From positions 806,001 through 870,000 of the forward strand of contig NC_045138.2 in NCBI RefSeq assembly GCF_008831285.2: 64,000 nt of DNA, read 5' to 3'. The translations under genes and the position numbers were made by a program. Of this stretch, positions 1-12,045 are shown one piece after another. Numbering within the stretch: position 1 is the stretch's first letter; each line of letters starts with the position of its first letter. Under the pieces are notes generated by a model, which worked only from the letters and a program-made list of their open reading frames with translations, did no database searches and was not told the DNA's origin. The stretch is from Nymphaea colorata. Lineage: Eukaryota.

Positions 1-1171
1 GTTTGGTGTCTCACCTAGGCATAAGGTTCCCTGCCATACACCCGGAATCTTGATGACCATTCTAGCTAACTTATTATTCTCCCATCACATTGACTTTGTA
101 GTGTTTTTTTTTTACCCCACATTAACTTTCACTATTTATTTTTACCTCAAAAATCAACTTCTAAAAAGTAAACAATAAAAGATTAAGACAGGCTAAGGTA
201 GTACAGCATGACATCCTAGTTAAAAGCTGCACCATTACTATCACCGATAACGACGCAGCTCAAGACCCATGAGACAAAGGAACAAGAGGACTTTCAAGTC
301 TTGTTTTGAGTGGTAGGAATCAACCGCTCACTCATCAGGGAAAGATAGACAGATTGTCATTATTTCTCGCTTCCTAGAACTGAAGAAATTGACTATATCA
401 ATGGGCATTAGCATAGGCACGGGATTTGGTGCGGATAAGGCATGAATTTGATGACGTTGATGGGGATGCTGGTTGTTGTTGTTGTTGTTGACATGCTTGT
501 TTTGATCAAGGAATTATTCTCGAATTTTGACAACTACTCTACCATACAAAACACCAGTCAATTGTGACACCGTTTTCCTCCATCCATGGCAAAAAAAAAA
601 TGTTAATAATTAGTAAAAATTATAATATATGGATTTATATTTTTATTTTTAATTATACATTGAAATAATTGAAATTGTTTATAGATTAAAAAAAAACGGC
701 AATGAATCTATTTGTAGATACCCATCATAATGTAGTTTATTCACTATTTACAGCCCAAATGAATAGAATCTTATTGATGATCATGCATTCACATGATTAC
801 AACGTGTGATTTACGAGATGCTTGGGAAATTTACGAGAAATTTCATAGGCCATTGAGGTGGAGTTATTCCATTGGATGTTTGTTTTAGGGAGACAATGAG
901 GCTCTCCCTTTGTCATAAACAAATTAAAAGGTGTTCTCTCAATTTGATTCCTATTTATTTAGCAACTCGTTGCTGTCAAAACAAAGCCTTCTTAATTAAG
1001 TATTGTTTGAAAAGTTCGTTTTTGCATCTATCATGTTTCATGTTGACTTTGTGAGCTACATTGTGTTTTCTCTGTGAAGGCTTTTTAAGTGAACATTATC
1101 TTCATAAGTGCACGCTTTGGGTGAAGATATGATATATTTTCTTTCTTTTACTTTTTTACAGAATGAACAGC

Positions 1172-1237
<66 letters not shown>

Positions 1238-1589
1238 AGAGAAGCTGGTAAAAATCAAACCCTTTGATTTTGAATTTTAAAGAGTTTTTTTTCTTGCAAT
1301 CTAACCTCAGTGATATGGTCTTGGGAATGGGTTGATGCAAAACATAAACTAAGTTGATCATTTGTTAGACTTTAATGGTGTTTTTATAATAAGAAAATTA
1401 AATAGCCCTCATGGCATGATAATAAAAAAACCAATATTTTTCATTAAAACAACTTCAATCAAAGCATGTTTTAAGCCCAAACTATGTTTTGTTAAAGTAA
1501 AAAAAATAGGACTGGTCATTGTCTTTACCTTTCTCCCTTTTTCCAATTTTTTTATTGAAGTGAATAGTAAGAAGATTACAATCTATTAT

Positions 1590-1730
1590 CTTTTTAACGA
1601 TAGTCGAAGCTCCTACCCAACCACCCACCCCCTCCCGCCAACTTTTTTTCCTTTCATGCCTTACGGATTCAAACCTGCATCAAGGCTTTGATGTGGGGAA
1701 GGTGCATCGCCACCTGAATGGCCCCGCCCC
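1590..1730 (-). mobile_element. tRNA-derived SINE-like element (further copies at ~13040-13180 and ~17615-17755)
   Basis: On the - strand, A-box-like CATTCAGGTGG (1720-1710) and B-box GGTTTGAATCC (1675-1665) start 45 bp apart, followed by a short A-tail. No TSD resolved. Confidence 0.5.
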
Positions 1731-1809
1731 ATTGCATATACCACACCTCTGGACCTAAAGGCATGACAAAATGAACTGATGGCTTTAGATCTTCATTTCA
1801 AAATGGTGG

Positions 1810-2020
1810 GTCATAATTTTCTTGCTCACCGGAAATGAAGATGGGGACAAGAGAGAAAGGGATGGATGGCTCCAACATTTTTTTTTTGTAATTCTTTTTT
1901 TTTTTGTTTCACCCAAAACAATTTTTTGGATAAAATAAATAAAAAAAAATGGACTTGTCGCCATCTCTCCCTTTCTCCCTTGTCTCCATCTTCAGTCCTC
2001 ACCGGAAAAAATTAAGATGA
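1810..2020 (+). ncRNA. Candidate pre-miRNA-like hairpin H1 (subtype A)
   Basis: GAAGATGGGGACAAGAGAGAAAGGGATGGATGGC (1837-1870) pairs with GCCATCTCTCCCTTTCTCCCTTGTCTCCATCTTC (1960-1993): 32 of 34 positions paired, including 2 G:U. The T-rich/A-rich interior extends the stem. Confidence 0.55.
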
Positions 2021-2459
2021 GTGGGAAGATTACGACCCACTTACCCCTGTTTATATTATAAAAGAGCTGAAGCTCTTTCTCTTATCTTTTTATCATGTCT
2101 TTTGGGTCAAAAGTTTCTTTGGAGCCATTACATGGCATTGATACATGCCGCGTCTTTGAACGGAAAAAATGTAGGAATAAGCAGAGGAACTTAATTAGAC
2201 GAGGACAAAGGATGATGTAGGTTGGGCGATAGAAACGCAGATCCCTATGGATTTTGAAAACGAGTGCTTCATTATATGCTTGCTTTGAATGGGCAAACCA
2301 AATGAATAAGTTTATAAATATCTGCCCATACTATATATGGTTTATTTTTAATACACATTTACAAAAAAAAAAAAAAAACTACATTGCAACTGATGGTTAT
2401 TAAAGAATATGGTGTGTCAGCGATCAAATGGATCGTACAGTGGATTGGATGGCTCTACT

Positions 2460-2825
2460 TAGATAAAAACCAGACACCTAGGTCATGGATAAAAACCCTT
2501 TCATTTTAATTATAAAAAAGTTTTTTTTTGGCAAACTAACCTTATTTATATGAAAGAATGGGTTGATGCAAAACATATACTAAGTTGACATTTGTTAGAC
2601 TTTAAGAGTGTTTGTACAACAAGAAAAGATGAATAGCCCATGTGGCATCATAACAAAAAAAATCAAAATTTTTCATTAAAATAACTTGAACCAAAAGCAT
2701 GTTTTATATCAAAATAATTTTTGTAAACATATTAAGATATTTATATTTTATTTAAAATTGTTTTTTGACAAAAAATCAATGGTTTTGGTTTTTATCCTTG
2801 ACGTAAGTGTTTGGTTTTTTACTAA
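2460..2825. mobile_element. MITE family 1 embedded in the array modules (copies ~3886-4185, 11520-11842, 18603-18902, 21020-21342, 23818-24100)
   Basis: ~35 bp terminal inverted repeats TAAAAACCAGACACCTAGGTCATGGATAAAAACC / GGTTTTTATCCTTGACGTAAGTGTTTGGTTTTTTA around an AT-rich non-coding interior. Confidence 0.6.
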
Positions 2826-2849
2826 TTATATATATTAGTGAGTTCTCGA

Positions 2850-3065
2850 TGACTTTAGTTATCCAGAGTCACTCAATCATCTAACCAAGACCGTTCATTT
2901 AAAGCAGATAAAGACCGTTCATTTAAAGCAGATAAATGGTTGAGAGAAAGACAAACACAATAGGTGATAAAAATGTCTCTTACCTTTTTGTCTTTAATTT
3001 TCCCTTAACCATTCATCACATTGGATAGATATAGATTAGATGGTTGACTGATTATAAAAAACTAT
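2850..3065. mobile_element. Fold-back MITE family 2 next to (TA)n tracts (copies ~9156-9362, 14557-14750, 21363-21552, 24341-24568)
   Basis: Left end GATGACTYTAGTTAT..AGTCACTCAGCCATCTAAC is an imperfect inverted repeat of the right end ATTAGATGGTTGACTGATTATAAAAAACTA. Inner inverted repeat GGTTGAGAGAAA/TTTCCCTTAACC. Confidence 0.55.
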
Positions 3066-4190
3066 ATATATATATATTGCAATCCTCTTGCCATCTGTCC
3101 ATTCAAATGTCTAGAATAATTCAATTACTTATATATATATATATACACCCTTTTTTTTTCAACTATTATATCAAATTGATACTTTGGTTTTAAGGATGAC
3201 CTTTGCTCCCTTTCCACAACAAACTAATAATAGAAAGTGATAGCCTTGCAAGACACGTTGGAGATATCCTGAATTAATCTATGCAACGAGATTTACACCG
3301 TATGAGAAATTAATTTGCTAAGAGAAATCCCAAGCTTGCCAACCCATGAAAGTGATACACGAATATTTTGACTTTCTTTTTTACTCTATTTACATTTTCT
3401 TTTATGATTATGGTTTATTTAATAATTCACTAAAAAAACAACATGCAACTGATGGTAATTAAAAAAAAAAAAAACTGGTCGTCATCTAAGAAATGTATCA
3501 GGTATCAAACGGAACATATAGTGCTGTCAATATCGAGAGGACTTTTGTCTCCATCTTTTTATCAGATGTCTTTAAAGAGAGATTATTAGTGATGTAGACT
3601 TAGTTGGGAACTAATTCACAAAACAGTGGGATGTTGAATCCATTGAGTGCTCTGTGGAAGATGACAGGGAAGCTTCGTTTGTCATTCTATTGTAAAATAA
3701 GCGAAAAGAAATAGAAAAAGTCACTGTCTAGTTGAAAGAAATGATGTTGCTCATGTGAAACAAATGATAGTTGAAAGAAATACATGAGAAAAAGGTGAAA
3801 ACTAATACTAGATGATAAAATTTTCATCAACATTTTTTGTTTGTTCTTTGTTTCACTGTTCATCATGATGGATCAGATGGCTCTACTTAGATAAATGTCA
3901 CACTTAGGTCATAGATAAAAACCCTTAGATTTTAATTTAAAAAAAAAATTGAATCTAATCTTATTGATATGATCTTAAGAATGGGTTGATGCAAAACAGT
4001 TGACTATTTGTTAGACTTTAATGGTGTTTTTGTAATGATAAAAAATGAACAACCCTTGTGACGTGATAACAAAAAAAAAAATCAACATTTTTTTTAAAAC
4101 AACTTGAACCAAAGCATGTTTTATATCAAAATAGTCTTTATAAGGGTCTGGTTTTTATCCTTGACCTAAGTCTCGTTTTTACTAATCACG

Positions 4191-4258
<68 letters not shown>

Positions 4259-4399
4259 CATCAAGACACACACACTACAATCTTCTTGCCATCTATCCAT
4301 TCAAATGTCTTTCACATGTAATGCTATGCAAATCTAATGCAATGCATTGGGCTACAAGTGTAAGACATCAAGACATCAGATGGACATAATAATTCAACT

Positions 4400-4431
<32 letters not shown>

Positions 4432-5577
4432 GCACATTATTTTTCTTTTCCAACTATTGTTTTAAATTGATATTCTGGTTTTAAGGATGACCTTTCCTAT
4501 AGTAAGTGATAGCCCTGCAAGATGCATTCGAAATGTCCTGAATTAATTTATGCAACGATATTTACACCATATGAGAAATTAATTTGCTAAGAGAACTCCC
4601 AAGCTTGCCAACCAATGAAAGTGATACGCGAATATTTGGACTTTCTTTTCGATTCTATTTATATTTCCTTTTATGATTATGGTTTCTTTGTAATAGATTT
4701 TAAATTTTTAATCATCCTACTCCATCCAGCCTATTTAAGTCCTCAGCGTATATTGAGAAGTTCAATTATATACATTGCTGAATTATGATGAAAATTTTAA
4801 AAAATATATATGATGTTTTTCTTTTATTAGAGGCATGAGTGCCTCTCATTTTCCTATCCCCAAAATATTATGCTGCGTTGAGATTTGGGTGCGGTATGAT
4901 ATACCCGTCAACTAAATTGTCGTGATCCCACCATTTGCAGCCCAAATAAGTAATGCCCATGAGAATTGAACCGACAATGTGCTTTGTATAGTACATATAA
5001 GATTAGCTATGTTACGGCCCTTGAGGCAAAAAAAAACTGTTAAAAAATAGTTGCCATATGAGCAATGAGTTCACGGTGTTTTTTGTGACAAATTATTTGA
5101 ATTCTCTCTTTCTCATATTCATATATATATTATACACATATATATGAATGAGGGGAGTATGTTTACATTATCCTTGTCAATATTAATATGTCATACTAAT
5201 GAAGCGTCAGCTTTTCAAATGGTTAGTTGGGATGAGAAGTTGTTTTGAAAAGTACGTAATGGATATATGGTACGTGACACTCGATCAATCTTCATTATTA
5301 TTGTTAAACTATGACCAAACTTCGTGGTTCTTCTACGTAAGGTGGGTCTCATAAATAGATTCGAACAAGTTAGAAAAGATTGAAAATGAGGTTTGTAATT
5401 GTATTGATGTTATATTCACGATAAAAAAATTAATTATATTTACACTGTTTTCAAAACACAAGGAAAATAATTAAATTGTTGTTGATAATTTATGCCCACT
5501 AAATGTTCTAAAGCAAGTAAATTTTTTTTGTATATATAGTAAAGGGTTTTTTTTAAATAAAATAATTCATTTCTTGT

Positions 5578-5742
5578 GCTCACCTGGGGAGAAGATAATG
5601 ACAAGGGAGAAAGGGATGGACCGTGACCAGTCCTCTTTTCTATTTCTCACAAATTATTTTGTAGATAAAAAAAAAACAGAAATTGTCGCCATCTCTCCTT
5701 TTCTCACGTGTCTATTTTGTTATAAGCTTAAAGTCAGTGACT
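5578..5742 (+). ncRNA. Candidate pre-miRNA-like hairpin H2 (subtype B)
   Basis: GACAAGGGAGAAAGGGATGGACCGTGAC pairs with GTCGCCATCTCTCCTTTTCTCACGTGTC. Three G:U pairs form on + versus one on -. TATATATAG lies upstream at ~5530. Confidence 0.5.
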
Positions 5743-5968
5743 ACTGTTCAGATTATAAGAGAGCGCTCAAGTTTTCCCCTCTTATCTTTTTTTTTTTTTG
5801 TGTTTTTTGGGTCCAAGATTTCGTTGAGCCTTTCACATGGCACCGGTACATGCCCCGTATTTGAATGGAGATCGGTGTAGATCGACCAATACTGATGGAG
5901 GTTCCCTGCGGATTCCTCAAAACCTTCATTTCATTATGCTTGCTTGAATGGGGAAGCCAAATGAATCA

Positions 5969-6037
<69 letters not shown>

Positions 6038-6828
6038 CATATTTTATATGACTTATTTTCTTATCTTCATTTTAGATGTAATTTAATACAATTTAAATAT
6101 TTTTTATTTAATAATTCACTAAAGAAAACAACATGCAACTGATGGTAATTAAAAAAAAAAAAAAAACTGGTCGTCATCTAAGAAATGTATCAGCTATCAA
6201 ACGGAACATATAGTGCTGTCAAAATCGATAGGACTTTTGTGTTTATACGTTCCAATTTCATCTGAGAGATTATTAGTGATGTAGACTTAGTTGAGAACTA
6301 AAACGACAAGTATTGCACGCAACAATGGGATGTTGAATCCATGGAGTGCGAAGGTGACACGGAAGCTTCGTTTGTCATTCTTGCTAAATAAATTCTTGCA
6401 AAATAAAAGAAAAGAAAGAGAAAAGGTCACTGGCTCATGCTCTTAATTTGATCGCATTTTCTTCGCAGCCTGTCATTGTCAAGGCATTTATGAAGATTTT
6501 TGCATCTTCTTAGTCAAAAACAACTTGTTTTTGCCTAATGCAGTGCAGAGGCTATGTGTGAAACATTTCCATGAACCCGTCAGAGGAATCCAACAACTAT
6601 ATATATATATATATATAATTCACGTTTGTATTATTCAATGTCATTCAGCCAACTAATCAGGGTTTTCCATTTTAAGCAACAAATGGTTGAGAGAAAAGCA
6701 ATGAAAATAAATTGTGGACTATCGTTGTTTTTCTCTTAGTTGTCCATCATATGAGTCACAGGACCCCGGTTACATGGATGGATAACTCGAAAAAGCTAGA
6801 GTGATTATGACATATATCTACACTTTAG

Positions 6829-6869
<41 letters not shown>

Positions 6870-8457
6870 ATTTCCTGAACTAATATTTACATGCTATGAG
6901 AAATTTGCTAGGAGAACTGTGAAGCTTGCCAACTAATTAAAATGATAAACAACTATTCTGTCATTTTTTAATCTATTTATATATCTTTGTCAAATTTATC
7001 TCCTTTTATGAACAGTTTATGGTGTCTTCAACAAGGGGTTTTCAATTTTTAGTCATTTGACTGCATCCAACATCTAGCATATTTACATCCTCCATATATA
7101 TCAATTATGTACATTGCGGAATTATGACCAAAAATTCAAAATAAGTCCTTAGAAAATAGTTACCACATGAGCGATGAATTTATGGAATTTTCAGCGACAA
7201 ATAACTATAGGTTTATGGTAAGTTTTTATTTTTAAATTATCCAGCATATTTGAATCACTCTTTCTCATCCACACACATACACAGTGGAAGTATGTACGTT
7301 TCTATTGTCATTATCAATATTCCTTACTGAAGAAGCGTCTGCTTTCAAATGGTTAGTTGGTGATATTTGATGGATCATCGTCAATATTATTGTTGTTAAC
7401 TATTATCCAACAATAAGCACAACAAAATGATAATTAATGTAACAAGTATATAGTTAAGCAACAAATAGAAAGCACATATTCCTTTCTTGTCATTAACCTG
7501 TGTTGATCGTCTTCTATACATATTGCATAAGAAAACAACAATTGAGCTATATAGTTGCAATGCCACAATCACAAAATATGTGTGAGGCCGTCCATAGATG
7601 GATCGCCCTAACAAATAATCCCGGCAAGTGATATAATTTTCATAATTAGTGTTTTATAAGCAAATGAACGTGATTAAGGTTGGTGAATTTTTACTTAATG
7701 AAACAAACACAGAGATCCATATCAGATTTAGTTTTAAATAAATATCGTGCATCAAATCTCCATATATTTTGAAAGTCAGTTCTTAATGCAGTTCAAATTT
7801 GGTTTAAAAGCTGTCTTTACTTTCGGTTATATGACTTTGAAAATCAGATTTGGATTATAAGTTCGGACTCACATATGGTATAAGCTTTTCTTCATTCGTA
7901 TTCAAATCACAATATGTGAATATCCAACAAAACGGATACCGTAAAGAGTGCATTCGGTTTGAATCCTACCCATTAACGTCCCTACATATTGGATTCGGAC
8001 TGGGTATTCAAAACATCAAAAAAAATTACTAATCAGAACAGGTAAATGGACGGATTCAATTTTAAAAGACATCAGATCGACGTTAAAAATTTACATGGAT
8101 TCAATTGTGTTTATCTTATATCCACGATCAAACTTTAATCATATTTACACGGTTTTCAAAACACAAGGAAAATAATTAAATTGTTCTTGTTGATAATTTA
8201 TGGCCATTAAATTTTCAAAAGAAAGTAAATATTTTTGTATATATAGCAAAGGTTTTTTTTTTAAATAAAATAATTCATTTCTTGTTCTCACCTGGGGAAG
8301 ATAAAGACAAGGGAGAGAGGGATGGACCTTGACCAGTCCTTTTTTTTTTTTCAATTTTCATTTTTCTTTTTCTTATTTCACCCACAAAAATCAAGCTCAG
8401 GACCTAGAGGCATGACAAAAGGAGGGGCGGCTTTAGATCTTCGTTTCAAAATGGTTG

Positions 8458-8667
8458 GTCATAATTTTCTTTCTTGCTCACCCGATAAGAAGATGGGGAC
8501 AAGAGAGAAAGTGATGGATGGCTCCGACATTTTTTTTATAATTCTCATTTTTCTTTTTCACTTTTCACAAATACAATTTTTGGATAAAAAAAAAAGACTT
8601 GTCTCTGTCTCTCACTTTCTCCCTTGTCGCCACCTTCAGTCAAGGTGAGGGAAAAAATTAAAATGAG
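8458..8667 (+). ncRNA. Candidate pre-miRNA-like hairpin H3 (subtype A)
   Basis: Same arms as H1, with compensatory pair T8512-A8614 replacing G1860-C1970. Lower stem CTCACC/GGTGAG is intact. Confidence 0.5.
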
Positions 8668-9381
8668 AGAGAAGATTGCGACCCTGACCCCTATCTAGAT
8701 TCCAAAAGATTCGAAGCCTCTCATTTTTGTCGTTTCTCGTTTTTTAGGTCCAAAGTTGCGTTGGAGCCTTTACATGGCAGTGATGCATGCCCCGTCTTTG
8801 AATGGACAAAATGTAAGAATAAGCAGAGGAACTTAATTAGATGAGGACAAAGAATGAGTTTGATGATGCAGATTGGACGATAGAAACGCTGGATCCCTGT
8901 GAATTTTTGAAAACTAGTGTTTCATTGTATGCTTGCTTTGAATGGCCAAACCAAATGAATAAATTTATGAATATCTGCCCATGCTTTATATGGTTAATTT
9001 TAATACACATTAAAAAAAAAATTAAATTGCAACTGATGGTTATTAAAGAATATGTTGTATCAGCGATTAAATGGATCATACAGTGGACTAATGACCTAAG
9101 TGTTTGGTTTTTACTGATCACTTTATATATATATATATATATATATAAGTGAACGATGACTTTAGTTATATAGAATCACTCAGCCATCTAACCAAAACCA
9201 TCTATTTGAAGCAAATAGATAGTTGAAAGAAAGACAATGAGAAGAAGTTGTAAACTACAAAAATGTCTCTTACCTTTTTTTTTTTTACTTTTTTTTAATC
9301 ATCCATCATGTTAGATCGATACAAATTAGATGGTTGACTGATTATAATAAACTAGAGTTACTAGTCAATTTTTCTTTATTT

Positions 9382-9413
<32 letters not shown>

Positions 9414-10612
9414 CTGCAATCCTCTTGCCATATGTCCATTCAAATCTCTCTCACATGTAACTCGATGCAAATCTAATGCAATGCATGGGACTACATGTTT
9501 AAGACATGAGATGGGCAGAATAATTCAATTACTTTATATGTATATATATACACACATTACTTTTTTTTTCAACTATTGTTTTAAATTGATACTTTGGTTT
9601 TAAGGATGACCTTTGCTCCCTTTCCACAAACAACTAATAATACTAAGTGATAGCCTTGCAAGACACGTTGGAGATATCCTGAATTAATTTATGCAACCAG
9701 ATTTACCCGGTATGAACAGCTAATTTTCTAAGAGAACTACCAAACTTGCCAACCAATGAAAGTGATACACGACTATTTTGTCTTTCTTTTCGACTCTATT
9801 TATATTTTCTTTTAGGAACAGTTTATGATTTCTTTGTGTGATTGATTTTTTATTTTTAGTCATCCCCATCAGCCTATTTAAATCGCCAAGGTATATAGAG
9901 AAGTTCAATTATATACGTTGCTGAATTATGATGAAAATTTTAGAAAAGTATATGATGTTTTTCTTTTATTAGAGGCATGAATGCCGCTCATTTTCCTTAT
10001 CCCCAAGGTATTAGGCTGCATTGGCATTTGGGAGAGATATGGTTTACCCGTCAACTAAATTATCGCGATTCCACCATTTGCAGTCCAAAAAAGTAATGCC
10101 CATGAGAATTGAACCGACAATGGATTTGTATATTACTTGTACGATTCGCTATGTTACGGCCTTTGGAGCAAGAAAAATACTGTTAAAAAATGGTTGTCAT
10201 ATGAGCAATGAGGTTATCGTGTTTTTTGAGACAGATTATTTGAATTCTCTCTCTCATATTCGTATATTATATATATATATATATAGATACGTGAACAGTG
10301 ATACTCAATCAATCTTAATTATTATTAAACTATGACCAAACATCGGGGTTCTTCTACGTAATCAGCCCCACTCACTAAATAGATTCGAACAAGTTAGAAA
10401 AGATTGAAAATGAGGTTTTTAATTGTTATATCCACGATAAAAAATCAATTATATTTACACGGTTTTCAAAACACAAGGAAAATAATTGAATTGTTCTTGT
10501 TGATAATTTATGCCCATTAAATTTTCAAAAGAAAGTAAATTTTTTTGTATATATATAGCAAAGGTTTTTTTTTAAAAAAAAATGAAATGCTTCTGCATCA
10601 GTATTCAGTTTT

Positions 10613-10763
10613 GTGTTCAGTTGGGGAAAAGATAAAGACAAGGGAGAAGGGGATGGACCGTGACTAGTCCTTTCTTTTTGGATAAAACAAAAAAAAATAG
10701 AAATTGTGGCCATCTCTCCTTTTCTCACCTGTCCATTTTGCCCGAAGCTTAAAACTAGTGACC
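10613..10763 (+). ncRNA. Candidate pre-miRNA-like hairpin H4 (subtype B, shortened loop)
   Basis: GACAAGGGAGAAGGGGATGGACCGTGAC pairs with GTGGCCATCTCTCCTTTTCTCACCTGTC. Confidence 0.45.
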
Positions 10764-10987
10764 ACTGTTGAGATTATAAGGGAGCGCCGAAGTCTTTCCT
10801 TTCCTTTATCATTTTTTCTCGTGTTTCTTGGGTCCAAGGTCACGTTGAGCCTTTCACATGGCACCAGTACATGCCGCTTATTTGAGTGGGGAACGATGTA
10901 GATCGGTTGATACTGATGGAGGAGGTTCCATGCAGATTCCTCAAAACTTTCAGTTCATCATATGTTTGCTTGAATGAGGAAGCTAAA

Positions 10988-11021
<34 letters not shown>

Positions 11022-11952
11022 CATACTTTATATGGGTTATTTTCTTATCTTCATTTTAAAAGTAATTTACTACAATTTAAATATTTTTATTTAATACTTC
11101 ACTAAAAAAACGACATGCAACTGATGGTTATTTAAAAAAAAAAAAAGCTGATCGTCATCAAAGAAATGTATCAGCTATCAAACAAAACATATAGTGCTGT
11201 CAATATCGATAGGACTTTTGTTGTATCGTTTCAATTTTATTAGGATGTTCGTGAAGAGAGATTATTAGTGATGTAGACTTAGTTGGGAACTAAAATGACA
11301 ACTATTTCACGCAACAGTGGGATGTTGAATCCATTGAGTGCTCTGTGGAAGGTGACAGGGAAGCTTCGTTTGTTATTCTATTTTTAATAAAATAAAATAA
11401 AAAAAAAGAGAGAAAAATTCACTGTCTAGTTGAAAGAATGATAAAAAAAATTCACTAATACTAAATAGATAAAAAATGTTCATTTGTTTCACTTTCATCA
11501 TGATGGATCGGGTGGCTCTACTCAAAGAAAAGCCACACCTAGGTCATGGATAAAAACCCTTAGATTTAAATTTAAAAATGTTTTTTTTTGTTTTTTTGCA
11601 ATCTAATCTAATTGACATGATCTAAAGAATGGGTTGATACAAAACATACACTAAGTTGACCATTTGTTAGACTTTAATGGTGTTTCTGTAATGATAAAAA
11701 ATGGACCAACCCTTGTGACATGGTAACAAAAAAAAAAAACTTTTTTTATTAAAACAACTTGAACCAAATCATGATTTATATCAAAATAGTCTTATAAGGA
11801 TCTGGTTTTTATCCTTGACCTAAGTATCTTGTTTTTACTAATCAATATATATATATATAAACGATGACTCTAGTTATTAAAACAACTTGTTTTTGCCGAA
11901 TGCAGTGCAGAGGCTATGTGTGAAACATTTTCATGAACCGGTCAGAGGAATC

Positions 11953-12045
<93 letters not shown>

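Noticed and set aside
230..570. Coding-like minus-strand stretch with poly-Gln (also ~16250-16560)
   Set aside because: Multiple stops in all frames and no recognisable domain. It may be decayed retroelement sequence, but I cannot support a call.
10525..10728. Minus-strand ATGGCG/ATGGCC start in the hairpin 3' arm as a family of small secreted peptides (MATISIFF...)
   Set aside because: Homopolymer length changes shift the frame and give early stops in other copies (for example H2 and H8), so no peptide is conserved.
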